NCBI GenBank assembly: GCA_020060465.1
Contig: JAGVAD010000016.1
Location: 29,240 to 93,239, forward strand
DNA: 64,000 nucleotides
Origin: Anaerolineales bacterium
GTDB lineage: Bacteria > Chloroflexota > Anaerolineae > Anaerolineales > UBA4823
Direction of reading: 5' to 3'
Made by a program: the position numbers and the translations under genes. The notes beneath the pieces were generated by a model. That model made no database searches, was not told the DNA's origin, and worked only from the letters and a program-made list of their open reading frames with translations. Of this stretch, positions 25,158 to 34,259 are shown one piece after another; the stretch's first letter is position 1; every line of letters begins with the position of its first letter.

Positions 25158-28100
25158 CTATCTGACGATAACGGGGAGAAAGACATTGGCCGCAGCCTGG
25201 GTGATGGTCAACGGCGCGGTGTTGATCGGGCCCGGCACCGAGCCGGAGGGGCTGCTTCCGATCACCCGGTTGTAATACACTCCGGGGCTGGTCAGCGGAT
25301 GAATGAAGACGTCAAACGCCAGCTTGATGGCGCAACCGCCAGTGCAGTTGCCGCGCAACTCCGGGATGCTCCACACCGGCCGTCCATTGTTCGGTCCCAA
25401 TGAAATGGGCGTGGGGCCGGAGCGCGTACGCAGATAAGTAAAGCCCGCCGGTAGCGTGTCCGTGACCAAGATGCTGCTATAGGTGGACTGGCTTTGATTG
25501 ACCAGGGTGATCGTATAAGGGACAATCGTACCTGGGATGGCAGGAGAGGTGCGGACATCTTTCTTAAGGTCGAACAGCGGCGACACGCTCACAAATCCAC
25601 TCACCCCCGGCAGAATGTTGGTTTCCGAGCTATACGCCGTGATCCGATTCTGGTACGTGCCGTACAAGGGCGAGGATTGCAGGCGCACCGTCCATTTTGG
25701 ATCCGTCGGTGGAATGAGGACGTTGCGCCAAACCAGGCGCCCCGGCTGAACCAGGGAAGGCAAAGGCCCGCTGACCATTGAATAATAGGTGAAGCCGGTC
25801 GGGAGAGTATCGGTTACGGTGGCAACGATAAAGTCATAGGCGTCGTTGTTTTTCAGCGTGATTTCGAAATCCACCAACGCCAATGGGGGAACCTGCGACC
25901 GTAATGCTCGCTTGCTGAGCTCCAGCCCCCATAAAACGACCAACACCCTGCCGTCGCCCTGCGGGTGGTCGCCGCTGCCCAGCCTCCCAAAACATACATA
26001 CGATGGAGAAGTGGCGCTGAGGGTAGGCGTCTTGACGCCCGTCGAAACGCCCGCTCCTACCTGAACGCGGAATACAATCCACATCTGCGAATTTCCAGGC
26101 AGGTTGATGCCCGTCCAGGTGAGCTGCTGACCATTCACCGAAGGGACTAATTGCCCCGGCGGCGACCCGGCATAGGAAAAATCTGCTGGCAGAGTGACCA
26201 CAATCGTGCTGTTTGATGCTGCAGTCGGAGAGACGTTGTTCAAATGGAGGGTGTAGGTGAAGATGCCGCCCGCCAGTACCGCATAGCGATAGGGGACCAA
26301 ATCCACTTTGATATTTGGTTCTACCACCACCGGCGCCAAATTACTGGCGTTCACCGCTGTCAGGGACTCCGGCAAGACGGTGTGGATAGAAATCGCCCCC
26401 GCCGCGTTGGGATAAGTCCGCGGCAACAGACTGCAATTCACGTCGCTGATTTGTGCATTGAAGGCGCCGCTCCATACACCGCCCGGAGGAATGGCGACTG
26501 GGGGAATGAAATACAGCTCAGCGATATTGCCGTTGCTGCCTCCCACTTGATAGAAACCATCCGGCAAATCGTCGCGCAGCCAGTCCATCGTCCAGGTAAC
26601 ATCACTGCGGTTGGTCAACTGCAAATCATAACGAATCGTTGAACCCAAATAGGCAATCGTCGGTTGCACCGTCTTATTAATTGCCAACGGCGGGTCCACT
26701 GTGACGCGCGCAATATTGGTGCGTCGCGGGATAAAAGCATCCGGCGAATAGGCGCTCAAATTGTTGCCGTAGGTGGTTAACCAATTGCCATCCACCACAA
26801 CAGCAAAGATCAGTTGATAGGTTTGACCAGGTTGCACCGTCAATCCCGCCCAAACCACCGGGTTATAGCGATATTCTGGCAACGGCGCCGGCCCTGAAAC
26901 CATGTACAGGTAATGGAAGTCAGCGGGCAAGGTGTCAGTGAGGCGGATATTGCTCACCACAAACGTACTGCGATTTGTCAGATTGATGGTGTACGTCACC
27001 ACATCGCCGGTCAGACCGTGGTTTGGTGTGACCTGTTTATCCATGATTAACGCCGCATACACTCGCACTTCCGCCAGGTTGCTTGCTGTCTCGAAATAGG
27101 CTTGGGGATGATAGGCGCTGAGCGTATTGTAATACCTCTCATCCGTCCAGTTATCGCGAATATAGGTCTGGCGCGGTATCCGAGCGACAAAAGAAAAGGA
27201 GACGCTGCCCCAGGCAAGCAGATCCACCTGCCAGACCAGTTTGCGCCCATTTTCAACGATGGTAGGCGCTGGGCTGCCTGGGACGGCGCGCACAAAAGTG
27301 AAAGGCTCTGGGTCGCCTGGCATGGTATCGGTAACCACCACGCCCATGAGGGTTACGGAAAGCGGGTTGTAAACTGTGATGGTATAGGTCACTTCCTCGG
27401 TAGGGAACACCTGTACCGCCCCGCCGTTTTTATCCACCACCGTCTTTTGCAGCAAGGAAGCGATGGGCGTGGTAATATCTCGCGTGCCGTAAACCGGCAG
27501 TTGCACCTCGGCGCTGGTCACCGAGTAAGCGATGCGAGAATTACGGATATCGTTAGCGGTCGTCCGTTCGTTGACCAGCACCGCGAACTGCATGCTGAGG
27601 CTGCCACCTGGCTGCAACGGCCCTGGAAGCAACCAGGAGACTTGATTGGTGACGGGGTCATACACCCCGCCGTTGTTAGCGCTCAGAAAAGCTGTTTCAT
27701 TGGGCACACTATCTACAATTAGCAAATTTGTAGCCGGGATGGCATCGGAGCGACTGTTATTAACCACGGTCAACGTATATGTCAGGATATGCCCTGGTAA
27801 AACGCTGGCATCCGCCGTCTTGGAAAGGCTCAAGAGGGGTCCCATCACCATTGTCACGGCGTCGTCGTAAGCGCCTGAAACCGGAGGACTGGTTTGCGAT
27901 GAGCGAATGGCGACCGCGTTGCCCACCAGGATAATCGGCTTGGTGAACGCCGGCTCGTTGGTGGGCGAAATCACTGTGCGAAATGTGATTTCGCCGCTGG
28001 ATTGAGGCGGCAAGAGTGGGATTTGCCAGGATAAGGCATATCCGGTTGAATCGGAGCCTGAATAGCTGAACTGTTCGACGGGGATATTGGGCGAGGAAGC

Positions 28101-28457
28101 ATATTCGCCGGAAAAAGTCTGCCAACGACTGATGGTATCCGAGATCGTGACGTTGGTGATAGCCACCGCCAGCGAATTGGTGTAACGAACCGTGAAGGTA
28201 ATTGTATCCCCCGGTCGAGCAGTTTCATTATTAACGGAGGTTTCTACCTGAAGATCCGAAGCCACAGCCTGGTCAATATCTACTTGCGCAGGCGGCGTTT
28301 CCTGCGCCGCAGGCGCGGCACGGACGTTCACCGCTTGCATAAAGGCGTAGATCAGCCCCAGCGCAGTCGCCAGGCTGGCGAACGACATCCCTGCGGCTCG
28401 CAAGACCTTGAATAAGGGCCGGGATGACGGGGTCGTAAAAGACTGCGACAGCTTCAT
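25158..28457 (-). CDS. Large secreted DUF11-repeat (conserved repeat domain) surface protein
   Basis: 1099 aa with an N-terminal signal/anchor. At least 8 repeats of the type TYTI.V.N.S......V.VTDTLPAGFTY. The C-terminus ends ANVFLPVIVR. Confidence 0.8.
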   Translation of the reverse strand: MKLSQSFTTPSSRPLFKVLRAAGMSFASLATALGLIYAFMQAVNVRAAPAAQETPPAQVDIDQAVASDLQVETSVNNETARPGDTITFTVRYTNSLAVAITNVTISDTISRWQTFSGEYASSPNIPVEQFSYSGSDSTGYALSWQIPLLPPQSSGEITFRTVISPTNEPAFTKPIILVGNAVAIRSSQTSPPVSGAYDDAVTMVMGPLLSLSKTADASVLPGHILTYTLTVVNNSRSDAIPATNLLIVDSVPNETAFLSANNGGVYDPVTNQVSWLLPGPLQPGGSLSMQFAVLVNERTTANDIRNSRIAYSVTSAEVQLPVYGTRDITTPIASLLQKTVVDKNGGAVQVFPTEEVTYTITVYNPLSVTLMGVVVTDTMPGDPEPFTFVRAVPGSPAPTIVENGRKLVWQVDLLAWGSVSFSFVARIPRQTYIRDNWTDERYYNTLSAYHPQAYFETASNLAEVRVYAALIMDKQVTPNHGLTGDVVTYTINLTNRSTFVVSNIRLTDTLPADFHYLYMVSGPAPLPEYRYNPVVWAGLTVQPGQTYQLIFAVVVDGNWLTTYGNNLSAYSPDAFIPRRTNIARVTVDPPLAINKTVQPTIAYLGSTIRYDLQLTNRSDVTWTMDWLRDDLPDGFYQVGGSNGNIAELYFIPPVAIPPGGVWSGAFNAQISDVNCSLLPRTYPNAAGAISIHTVLPESLTAVNASNLAPVVVEPNIKVDLVPYRYAVLAGGIFTYTLHLNNVSPTAASNSTIVVTLPADFSYAGSPPGQLVPSVNGQQLTWTGINLPGNSQMWIVFRVQVGAGVSTGVKTPTLSATSPSYVCFGRLGSGDHPQGDGRVLVVLWGLELSKRALRSQVPPLALVDFEITLKNNDAYDFIVATVTDTLPTGFTYYSMVSGPLPSLVQPGRLVWRNVLIPPTDPKWTVRLQSSPLYGTYQNRITAYSSETNILPGVSGFVSVSPLFDLKKDVRTSPAIPGTIVPYTITLVNQSQSTYSSILVTDTLPAGFTYLRTRSGPTPISLGPNNGRPVWSIPELRGNCTGGCAIKLAFDVFIHPLTSPGVYYNRVIGSSPSGSVPGPINTAPLTITQAAANVFLPVIVR

Positions 28458-28634
28458 AATCCCCTCCGAACGAATTGATTGCTACATTAAAAAACCGCCG
28501 ACAACTCCAATTGAGTGTATCATTTTCCCCCCAACAAATCAATTGACTATTGTCACCCCTTGAACGATTTCCGGTTATCAATTGTGTTAGGCGCTTCTTT
28601 CCAGAATGAACTGTTTCACGTGAAACCTTTGAAT

Positions 28635-29645
28635 TTATACCTCCCAGACGCCGTTTTCCCTTGCCCAGGATTCGAGCGTCTCATCCACCATATCCAGATA
28701 TACATCCAGCGCCCGCAGGCGTTCGGCAAAACCTTCGCCGGATAGACCGAGGGTATCCAGGGAAGCCTGCCATGCACGGCGGTGTTGGGAATCGGTCGGC
28801 AGGAGCTTAGCTGCCAACGTCCAAGTGCGCAGCAACGGCCACAATGCTGCTATTGGCTGCTCACTCTCCATCAGAGCCTGAAACGCTCTCAGGTAATACA
28901 TTAAGCGATCAGGGTGCAGCCGCGCCGTCGCTAGTTCCGTCGGCAGAGAGCGATAGGCTGCCTGCCAGGCGGACAACCATTCCCTTAAATTGCCATTTGC
29001 CAACCGCGGCGCGCCGAGCAATCCTAACAACCCAGCGTACAACCCCGCGCGTCCTACCGCTTCCGCCCGCTCTGGGAAAGCCTGTAAGAACCGCCGCTCG
29101 GTTAAGGGAGGTCCGCTCAAGCATGCAATAGAATTTGCAGAATACTCTAATGATCGCAAATATAATTCAACTCGATCCGGCGAGGGTTCCTCTCGCAGTT
29201 CTCGCAAATCGAGCCAGATGCTGCGCGCCTGCTCCATCTGCCGGCGCGCTCGTTCGAATACGTAGTCCGGTCGGTCAAACTGCCCACGCACGCTGGCCTG
29301 GATAAAATCCATGAAATGCTGAGGGTCATAAAGCACCCGGCAAGTATTCAACGCAGGACCAAGCCAGGGGTGAACGCGCAATCGGCGCGGCTCGCGGTAT
29401 TCCTGCTGTCCATGATGGGCAATATCCAAATGCACTTCGTCGGTGAGAGGCGTAATTTCCCGTTCGTTGTCCGGCGCTTCTATATAGATAAAGACCAAAT
29501 CTATATCCGTCGTCCCGCCCAACAGATACGCTTCTCCCAAGAGCGAACCACATAGATAGGCTGCAAGCAACTGCCGCGACGCGCGCGCCTGCCGCGCCAC
29601 TGCATCGTTGGCAATTTTGAGCAATGTCTCATGGGTGATGCGCAT
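28635..29645 (-). CDS. Nucleotidyltransferase-fold protein with helical C-terminal domain (KNTase-like architecture)
   Basis: N-terminal GSLLGEAYLLGGTTDIDLVFIY, the G-S...D-x-D pol-beta NTase signature. The remaining roughly 230 aa are Leu/Ala/Arg-rich and appear helical. Confidence 0.5.
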   Translation of the reverse strand: MRITHETLLKIANDAVARQARASRQLLAAYLCGSLLGEAYLLGGTTDIDLVFIYIEAPDNEREITPLTDEVHLDIAHHGQQEYREPRRLRVHPWLGPALNTCRVLYDPQHFMDFIQASVRGQFDRPDYVFERARRQMEQARSIWLDLRELREEPSPDRVELYLRSLEYSANSIACLSGPPLTERRFLQAFPERAEAVGRAGLYAGLLGLLGAPRLANGNLREWLSAWQAAYRSLPTELATARLHPDRLMYYLRAFQALMESEQPIAALWPLLRTWTLAAKLLPTDSQHRRAWQASLDTLGLSGEGFAERLRALDVYLDMVDETLESWARENGVWEV

Positions 29646-29726
29646 GGTTCTATCTCAGATGAATGTCTCGCACGAGAGATGCAATCTCTGAACGATCGGG
29701 CAATTTCAGGCTGGTCATAAAGCCAA

Positions 29727-30374
29727 TCAGTCCGCCATTTCCAGCGGCAGCTCCGGCTGATACGGTGACATCTTCAAAGCCTGTCGAATGCGATTCTCCA
29801 CCCAGATCAGATCCTCGCGGCGATGCACATAATCCATCTGGTTTGTATCCACCGCCAGAACCGGCGAGCGACGCTCCTGGTGATCGCCGAAAAATTCCTC
29901 GTAGGCGCGGTTCAACTCATCTATGTAAGAACGCTCCATATTGCGCTCATAGGGACGATCGCGCAAGGCAATGCGCTGCATCAATACATCCGTATCCGCT
30001 CGCAAATAAACGATCAAATCCGGGACGATAATCTTCTCCGCCAGCGCTTCGTGAACGCGATAGTACATTTCCAATTCATCGCCTTGCAAGTTGATGCGGG
30101 CGAACAATGCGTCCTTTTCAAACGTATAATCGGCGATTACATGTTCATACTGGCTCATTAACTCAGAAACCATACGCCGCTGCTGATGGTAACGGCTTAA
30201 CAAAAAAAAGATCTGCGTCTGAAAAGCGTAGCGTTTTCGGTCGGCGTAAAAGTCGGAAAGAAATGGATTCTCTTCAAATACTTCTAGAAGCAAACCCGCC
30301 TTGAATGACGGTTGGAGCAATCTCGCCAGTGTGGTTTTGCCGACGCCAATCACACCCTCAATGGCAATGTACAT
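29727..30374 (-). CDS. Deoxynucleoside kinase
   Basis: MYIAIEGVIGVGKTTLARLL P-loop, ENPFL, DRY/ERS-type blocks (FQTQIFFLLSRY, LRDRPYER). Confidence 0.8.
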   Translation of the reverse strand: MYIAIEGVIGVGKTTLARLLQPSFKAGLLLEVFEENPFLSDFYADRKRYAFQTQIFFLLSRYHQQRRMVSELMSQYEHVIADYTFEKDALFARINLQGDELEMYYRVHEALAEKIIVPDLIVYLRADTDVLMQRIALRDRPYERNMERSYIDELNRAYEEFFGDHQERRSPVLAVDTNQMDYVHRREDLIWVENRIRQALKMSPYQPELPLEMAD

Positions 30375-30545
30375 CGTTGCTAGCCTCTGTAATCTCAGGG
30401 ATTTTCTCCAGGCGCCTGATCTTGCTGGATCATAGCCCCAATAAGCATACCAGCGAATGGCTTAGATTGCAACCATTTCTGATCCATGTTTTTTGCCGTA
30501 AGCGTTCACGGAGACAGGAAGATGGGGTATCATCGCTTGCAGAAA

Positions 30546-31202
30546 ATGACTGCGCCGACTTTTCCCTCTCTCGATGAACAAACCCTGGTGGATTGCGTCC
30601 AAACGCTGGCCCAACAGGAGCCCTTCTTTGCGCACATGATTGCTCAGATTGGCCCGCCGCCGCTCTGGCAACGACCGACGGGTTTTCCCACATTGGTTTG
30701 GATCATTTTGGAACAACAAGTATCCCTGGCTTCGGCGCGAGCAGCCTTTGAGCGCTTGAAGCAGTTGCGCCCCGCTCTCGACCCCCAGCAATTTCTGGAA
30801 CTCAGGGACGCTGAGCTGAAATGGGCTGGTTTCAGCCGGCAGAAAACCGGCTATTGCCGCGATCTGGCTCAGGCGATCCTGCATGGAGAAATAGATTTAG
30901 AAGGTCTGGCGCATTTAGAAGACGAAGCTGCGCGCAACGAACTGATGCGCCTGAAAGGGGTTGGCCCGTGGACGGCGGACATCTACCTGCTGATGGCTCT
31001 TTTGCGCTACGACATCTGGCCGGCGCAAGATCGCGCCCTGGTAATCGCGGTGCAACGTGGTCTGAAGCTCGATCACATCCCGGATAGCGACGAAATGATG
31101 TACATCGGCAAGGCCTGGCGCCCTTATCGGTCAATCGCAGCGCGATTGTTTTGGCATTATTATCTCAATTTCAATGCCAAAAACCTTGCGAAATCCGCCT
31201 GA
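30546..31202 (+). CDS. DNA-3-methyladenine glycosylase II-like HhH-GPD base-excision enzyme
   Basis: ILEQQVSLASA and the HhH-GPD element LMRLKGVGPWTADIYLL...D. The start is uncertain; the ORF track begins at 30486. Confidence 0.75.
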   Translation: MTAPTFPSLDEQTLVDCVQTLAQQEPFFAHMIAQIGPPPLWQRPTGFPTLVWIILEQQVSLASARAAFERLKQLRPALDPQQFLELRDAELKWAGFSRQKTGYCRDLAQAILHGEIDLEGLAHLEDEAARNELMRLKGVGPWTADIYLLMALLRYDIWPAQDRALVIAVQRGLKLDHIPDSDEMMYIGKAWRPYRSIAARLFWHYYLNFNAKNLAKSA

Positions 31203-31250
31203 TTATAGTACAATTGTTCTAGTAAAAACCCATGTAGCCGATGCGTTTCC

Positions 31251-31278
31251 TTGACACGGCGCGAACTCGCGCTAAACT
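31251..31278 (+). promoter_or_regulatory. Sigma-70-type promoter of ssb
   Basis: TTGACA 31251-31256, 16-nt spacer, TAAACT 31273-31278. AAGGAG RBS upstream of ATG 31325. Confidence 0.5.
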
Positions 31279-31324
31279 GTATATGTTTGTTCGCATTCGG
31301 AACCATTAGACAAAGGAGTCAACC

Positions 31325-31711
31325 ATGCCATCTCTCAACCGTGTGCAATTGATCGGGCGCCTGGGCCGCGATCCAGAGACGCGTTATACCCCCAAGGGCG
31401 CGAAAGTATGTCAGTTTTCCGTTGCCGTTGACCGACGTTGGCGCGGCGCTGAAGGCGAGGCCAAAGAGCGCACCGATTGGTTTAATGTCGAGGCCTGGGG
31501 AAGGCTGGGCGAAGTCTGCCAGGAATACCTGAGCAAAGGGCGATTGGTCTTCATCGAAGGGCGATTACAGACCGATCAGTACGAGCAGGGCGGCGAAAAA
31601 CGCTACTTCACCAAAGTGGTGGCCTCCACTATGCAGATGCTGGATCGCAAACCGGAGGAAGAAGAGCCGCTGCCCGCCCCGCCCGAGGAGGAGGAATTCC
31701 CTTTTGAGTGA
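31325..31711 (+). CDS. ssb: Single-stranded DNA-binding protein
   Basis: MPSLNRVQLIGRLGRDPETRYTP (OB-fold start), TDWFNVEAWG, and the acidic tail EEEFPFE. Confidence 0.9.
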   Translation: MPSLNRVQLIGRLGRDPETRYTPKGAKVCQFSVAVDRRWRGAEGEAKERTDWFNVEAWGRLGEVCQEYLSKGRLVFIEGRLQTDQYEQGGEKRYFTKVVASTMQMLDRKPEEEEPLPAPPEEEEFPFE

Positions 31712-31714
31712 TCC

Positions 31715-31742
31715 GGCGACGGATGTGCACGCATCTGCCGCC
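31715..31742. terminator. Hairpin between convergent ssb and DAK2-like genes
   Basis: 11-bp stem ggcgacggatg / catctgccgcc with one mismatch and one G-U pair, 6-nt loop. It lies in a 44-nt convergent gap. Confidence 0.35.
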
Positions 31743-31755
31743 GAGTGCGCGCTGT

Positions 31756-32418
31756 TCAAGAGATGCGGTTCGCCGGAGAAGACTGCATCGCTTGCAACAA
31801 GGCCTGGATCGCCAGTTTGCCGGATTGACGTCGGTGCGGCGATTTGCCCAATGGGCTGGCGTTAGCTGCGGCGTCGGCCAGGATTTCGCTGCGGCTTCCG
31901 CCGCGCTGTTTGGCTTGTAGATACGCCGCGCCAAACTCAAATAAGGCGTTGATATCCAGCGGGTGGTCGGAAGTCGGTCGCCCGCTTTCAATTTGCACCC
32001 AATTGGCCAGCCCGGCCAGCAATGCTTTGAGCATATCACCGCGCCGCTCGCTTGGCGCGCGGTTGTTGACTTTGTCCTCCGCCAGCGCAGCGCGCACAAA
32101 GCCGAGAAAATCATCCAGCGTCAGGTCATTTCGGCGAAATTGCTGCGCAATCTGCTGCAATCCGTGAGCATAGAGCTGCGCTGAGCCATTGCCCGCCTGC
32201 GCTTCCAGCAGACGGGCGGCGTGTTCCATCGCTTCGGCCAGCTCTGTATCGCGCTTTTCGGAAGCGGCCTGGGCGGCGATATCGAACACCTGCACCATGT
32301 GATCGCCGTGGTTGCCGTTTATAAGATCCGCTTGATTGAGCGCCTCCCGATTTTCCCGCAACACATCGCCGACTGCTTTGAAGAGCGACGCCAGAGTCCC
32401 CTGATCTGTATCACTCAT
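31756..32418 (-). CDS. DAK2 (DhaL-like) domain protein, tentative
   Basis: LNQADLINGNHGDHMVQVF resembles the DhaL L..LD...GDGDHG.N motif, and AGNGSAQLYA resembles the GGTSG.LY block. It overlaps the pepF start by 8 nt. Confidence 0.4.
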   Translation of the reverse strand: MSDTDQGTLASLFKAVGDVLRENREALNQADLINGNHGDHMVQVFDIAAQAASEKRDTELAEAMEHAARLLEAQAGNGSAQLYAHGLQQIAQQFRRNDLTLDDFLGFVRAALAEDKVNNRAPSERRGDMLKALLAGLANWVQIESGRPTSDHPLDINALFEFGAAYLQAKQRGGSRSEILADAAANASPLGKSPHRRQSGKLAIQALLQAMQSSPANRIS

Positions 32419-34198
32419 GTGTTGTAGCCACGGGCAGAGCCTCGAGCTGATCTACCATGCGGTTGATCACATCGAAACCGCCTTGCCAGAAATCGGCGCT
32501 GTGGATGTCAATCCCCGCCTCCTCCAGGATGCGCGCCGGCGATTCTGAACCGCCGGCGGAGAGGATCTTCAAATAGCGGGGCTTGAAAGACTCTCCCTCA
32601 GCCTTATATTGCTGGTACAGCGACAAGACCAGGAGTTGCCCAAAGGCATAGGCGTAAACATAGAAGGGCACCTCATAGATATGCGGGATGGAAACCCACT
32701 CCCAGCGGAACTCATCGCTGACTTCGACCGCATCGCCGAATTGAGCTTCTAAATTCGCCAGGTAAGCTTGCGCCAGCTCATCCACCGAAGCGCCCTGCTG
32801 CACCATTTCATGCGCCTGGCGTTCGAACAGGGCGAAGAAAGCCTGGCGGCAAATCGTGGCATAGGCGTCGTCCACCTGACGGAAGAGCAGGTCACGGCGT
32901 ACGGCTTCATCGTCTTCTTGTTGCAGCAATTGGTCAATGAGCATCATTTCGCCGAAGGTGGAGGCGGTTTCCGCCAGCGGGAGGCTGGCTTGCTGAGTGA
33001 ACAGGCTGTGATGCTCGGCCAACATAGAATGAATAGCGTGACCTAATTCGTGCGCCATGGTGGCCACATCATCTGGCCGCCCCTGATAATTGAGCAGCAC
33101 CCAGGGGGTCAGGTCCGGGGTTACCGTGGCGCAGAACGCGCCGCCGCGCTTGCCTTTGCGCACTTCGCTATCCAGATGATCCTCGACAAAGACGCGTTGC
33201 GCCAGATCAGCCACATGCGAGTCGAAAGCGGCAAACGAATCGAAGACCATCTTTGCCGCTGAAGCAAAGTCATATTGCTTCTCCGATTTCGCCACCGCGG
33301 CGTAAATATCATAACGGCGCAATTTCTCCATGCCCAGCCAGCGCGCCTTCAGGCGGAAGTAACGCTGGAAAACCGGCGCGTTGCGCTCGCAGACCGCCAG
33401 CAGGGTATCTACCACGTCGTCCGGGATGTCGTTCCTCAGGTTGCGCGCTGCGATCGGGCTGCTGAAGCGGCGCAGATCAACCTGCTCGTTGCGCCAGTCG
33501 CGCACCAGGGTCTGGTAGATCTGCCCCAGGATAGCGCCGTCCTGCCCATAGACGCGGTAGAGTTCCTGATAAGCCCTGGCGCGCAGATCGGCGTCATGAC
33601 CGCGCACGTAAACCATCAATTCGCCGCGGGTCAATTCTTTCTCCTCGCCGTCCACCGTCAGGTGGAATACATAGCGATTGGTGATGGAATCATAAAGGTT
33701 TTCGAGGGCGCTGGCGCCGGTGGTGTTCTTGATATTGATGATTTTCTCTTCCGGCTCGCTGAGGGTATGCGGCTTGAAGTGGCGCATTTCCTCCAACCAG
33801 TAGCGATAATCGCCGGAGGCAGCCATCAGCCGTTGGGCGTTTTCGTCATCCAGCCCTTTCCACCACAAGCTGAAGAACAGCACCCGGTTTTCGACCTGCG
33901 CCAGGATTTGCTGCACCTGACCCAGGAAGGTTTGCGCAATCTGATCCTGGGTATCGGCGGCGAATTTCAGGCTGGCAAAGGCGTAGATGCGATATGCCAG
34001 GTGGTTGATCGCCTCGAGCTGGCGGACGATCTCCAAAAATTGGGCTGTTCCAATATTGGGAGAAAGTTGCGTGCGGCGCTCTTCAAAAGCGGCAGCCAGC
34101 TTTTCCAGTTCGGCGCGCGCAGCCTGCATATCTGGCCCATCGTGGGCGCTGAATAAGTCCGTCAGGCTCCAGCGTTTCTGTAAGTAAGCGGTTGTCAT
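32411..34198 (-). CDS. pepF: M3-family oligoendopeptidase (PepF-like)
   Basis: 595 aa with the zinc site MAHELGHAIHS and a downstream E (ETASTFGE). Confidence 0.85.
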   Translation of the reverse strand: MTTAYLQKRWSLTDLFSAHDGPDMQAARAELEKLAAAFEERRTQLSPNIGTAQFLEIVRQLEAINHLAYRIYAFASLKFAADTQDQIAQTFLGQVQQILAQVENRVLFFSLWWKGLDDENAQRLMAASGDYRYWLEEMRHFKPHTLSEPEEKIINIKNTTGASALENLYDSITNRYVFHLTVDGEEKELTRGELMVYVRGHDADLRARAYQELYRVYGQDGAILGQIYQTLVRDWRNEQVDLRRFSSPIAARNLRNDIPDDVVDTLLAVCERNAPVFQRYFRLKARWLGMEKLRRYDIYAAVAKSEKQYDFASAAKMVFDSFAAFDSHVADLAQRVFVEDHLDSEVRKGKRGGAFCATVTPDLTPWVLLNYQGRPDDVATMAHELGHAIHSMLAEHHSLFTQQASLPLAETASTFGEMMLIDQLLQQEDDEAVRRDLLFRQVDDAYATICRQAFFALFERQAHEMVQQGASVDELAQAYLANLEAQFGDAVEVSDEFRWEWVSIPHIYEVPFYVYAYAFGQLLVLSLYQQYKAEGESFKPRYLKILSAGGSESPARILEEAGIDIHSADFWQGGFDVINRMVDQLEALPVATTHE

Positions 34199-34259
34199 TC
34201 CATTCCTCCTGAAAGTTCATCGCCCTTAAGCCTGATAGACGTAAGGGAACGTCAAAAGA

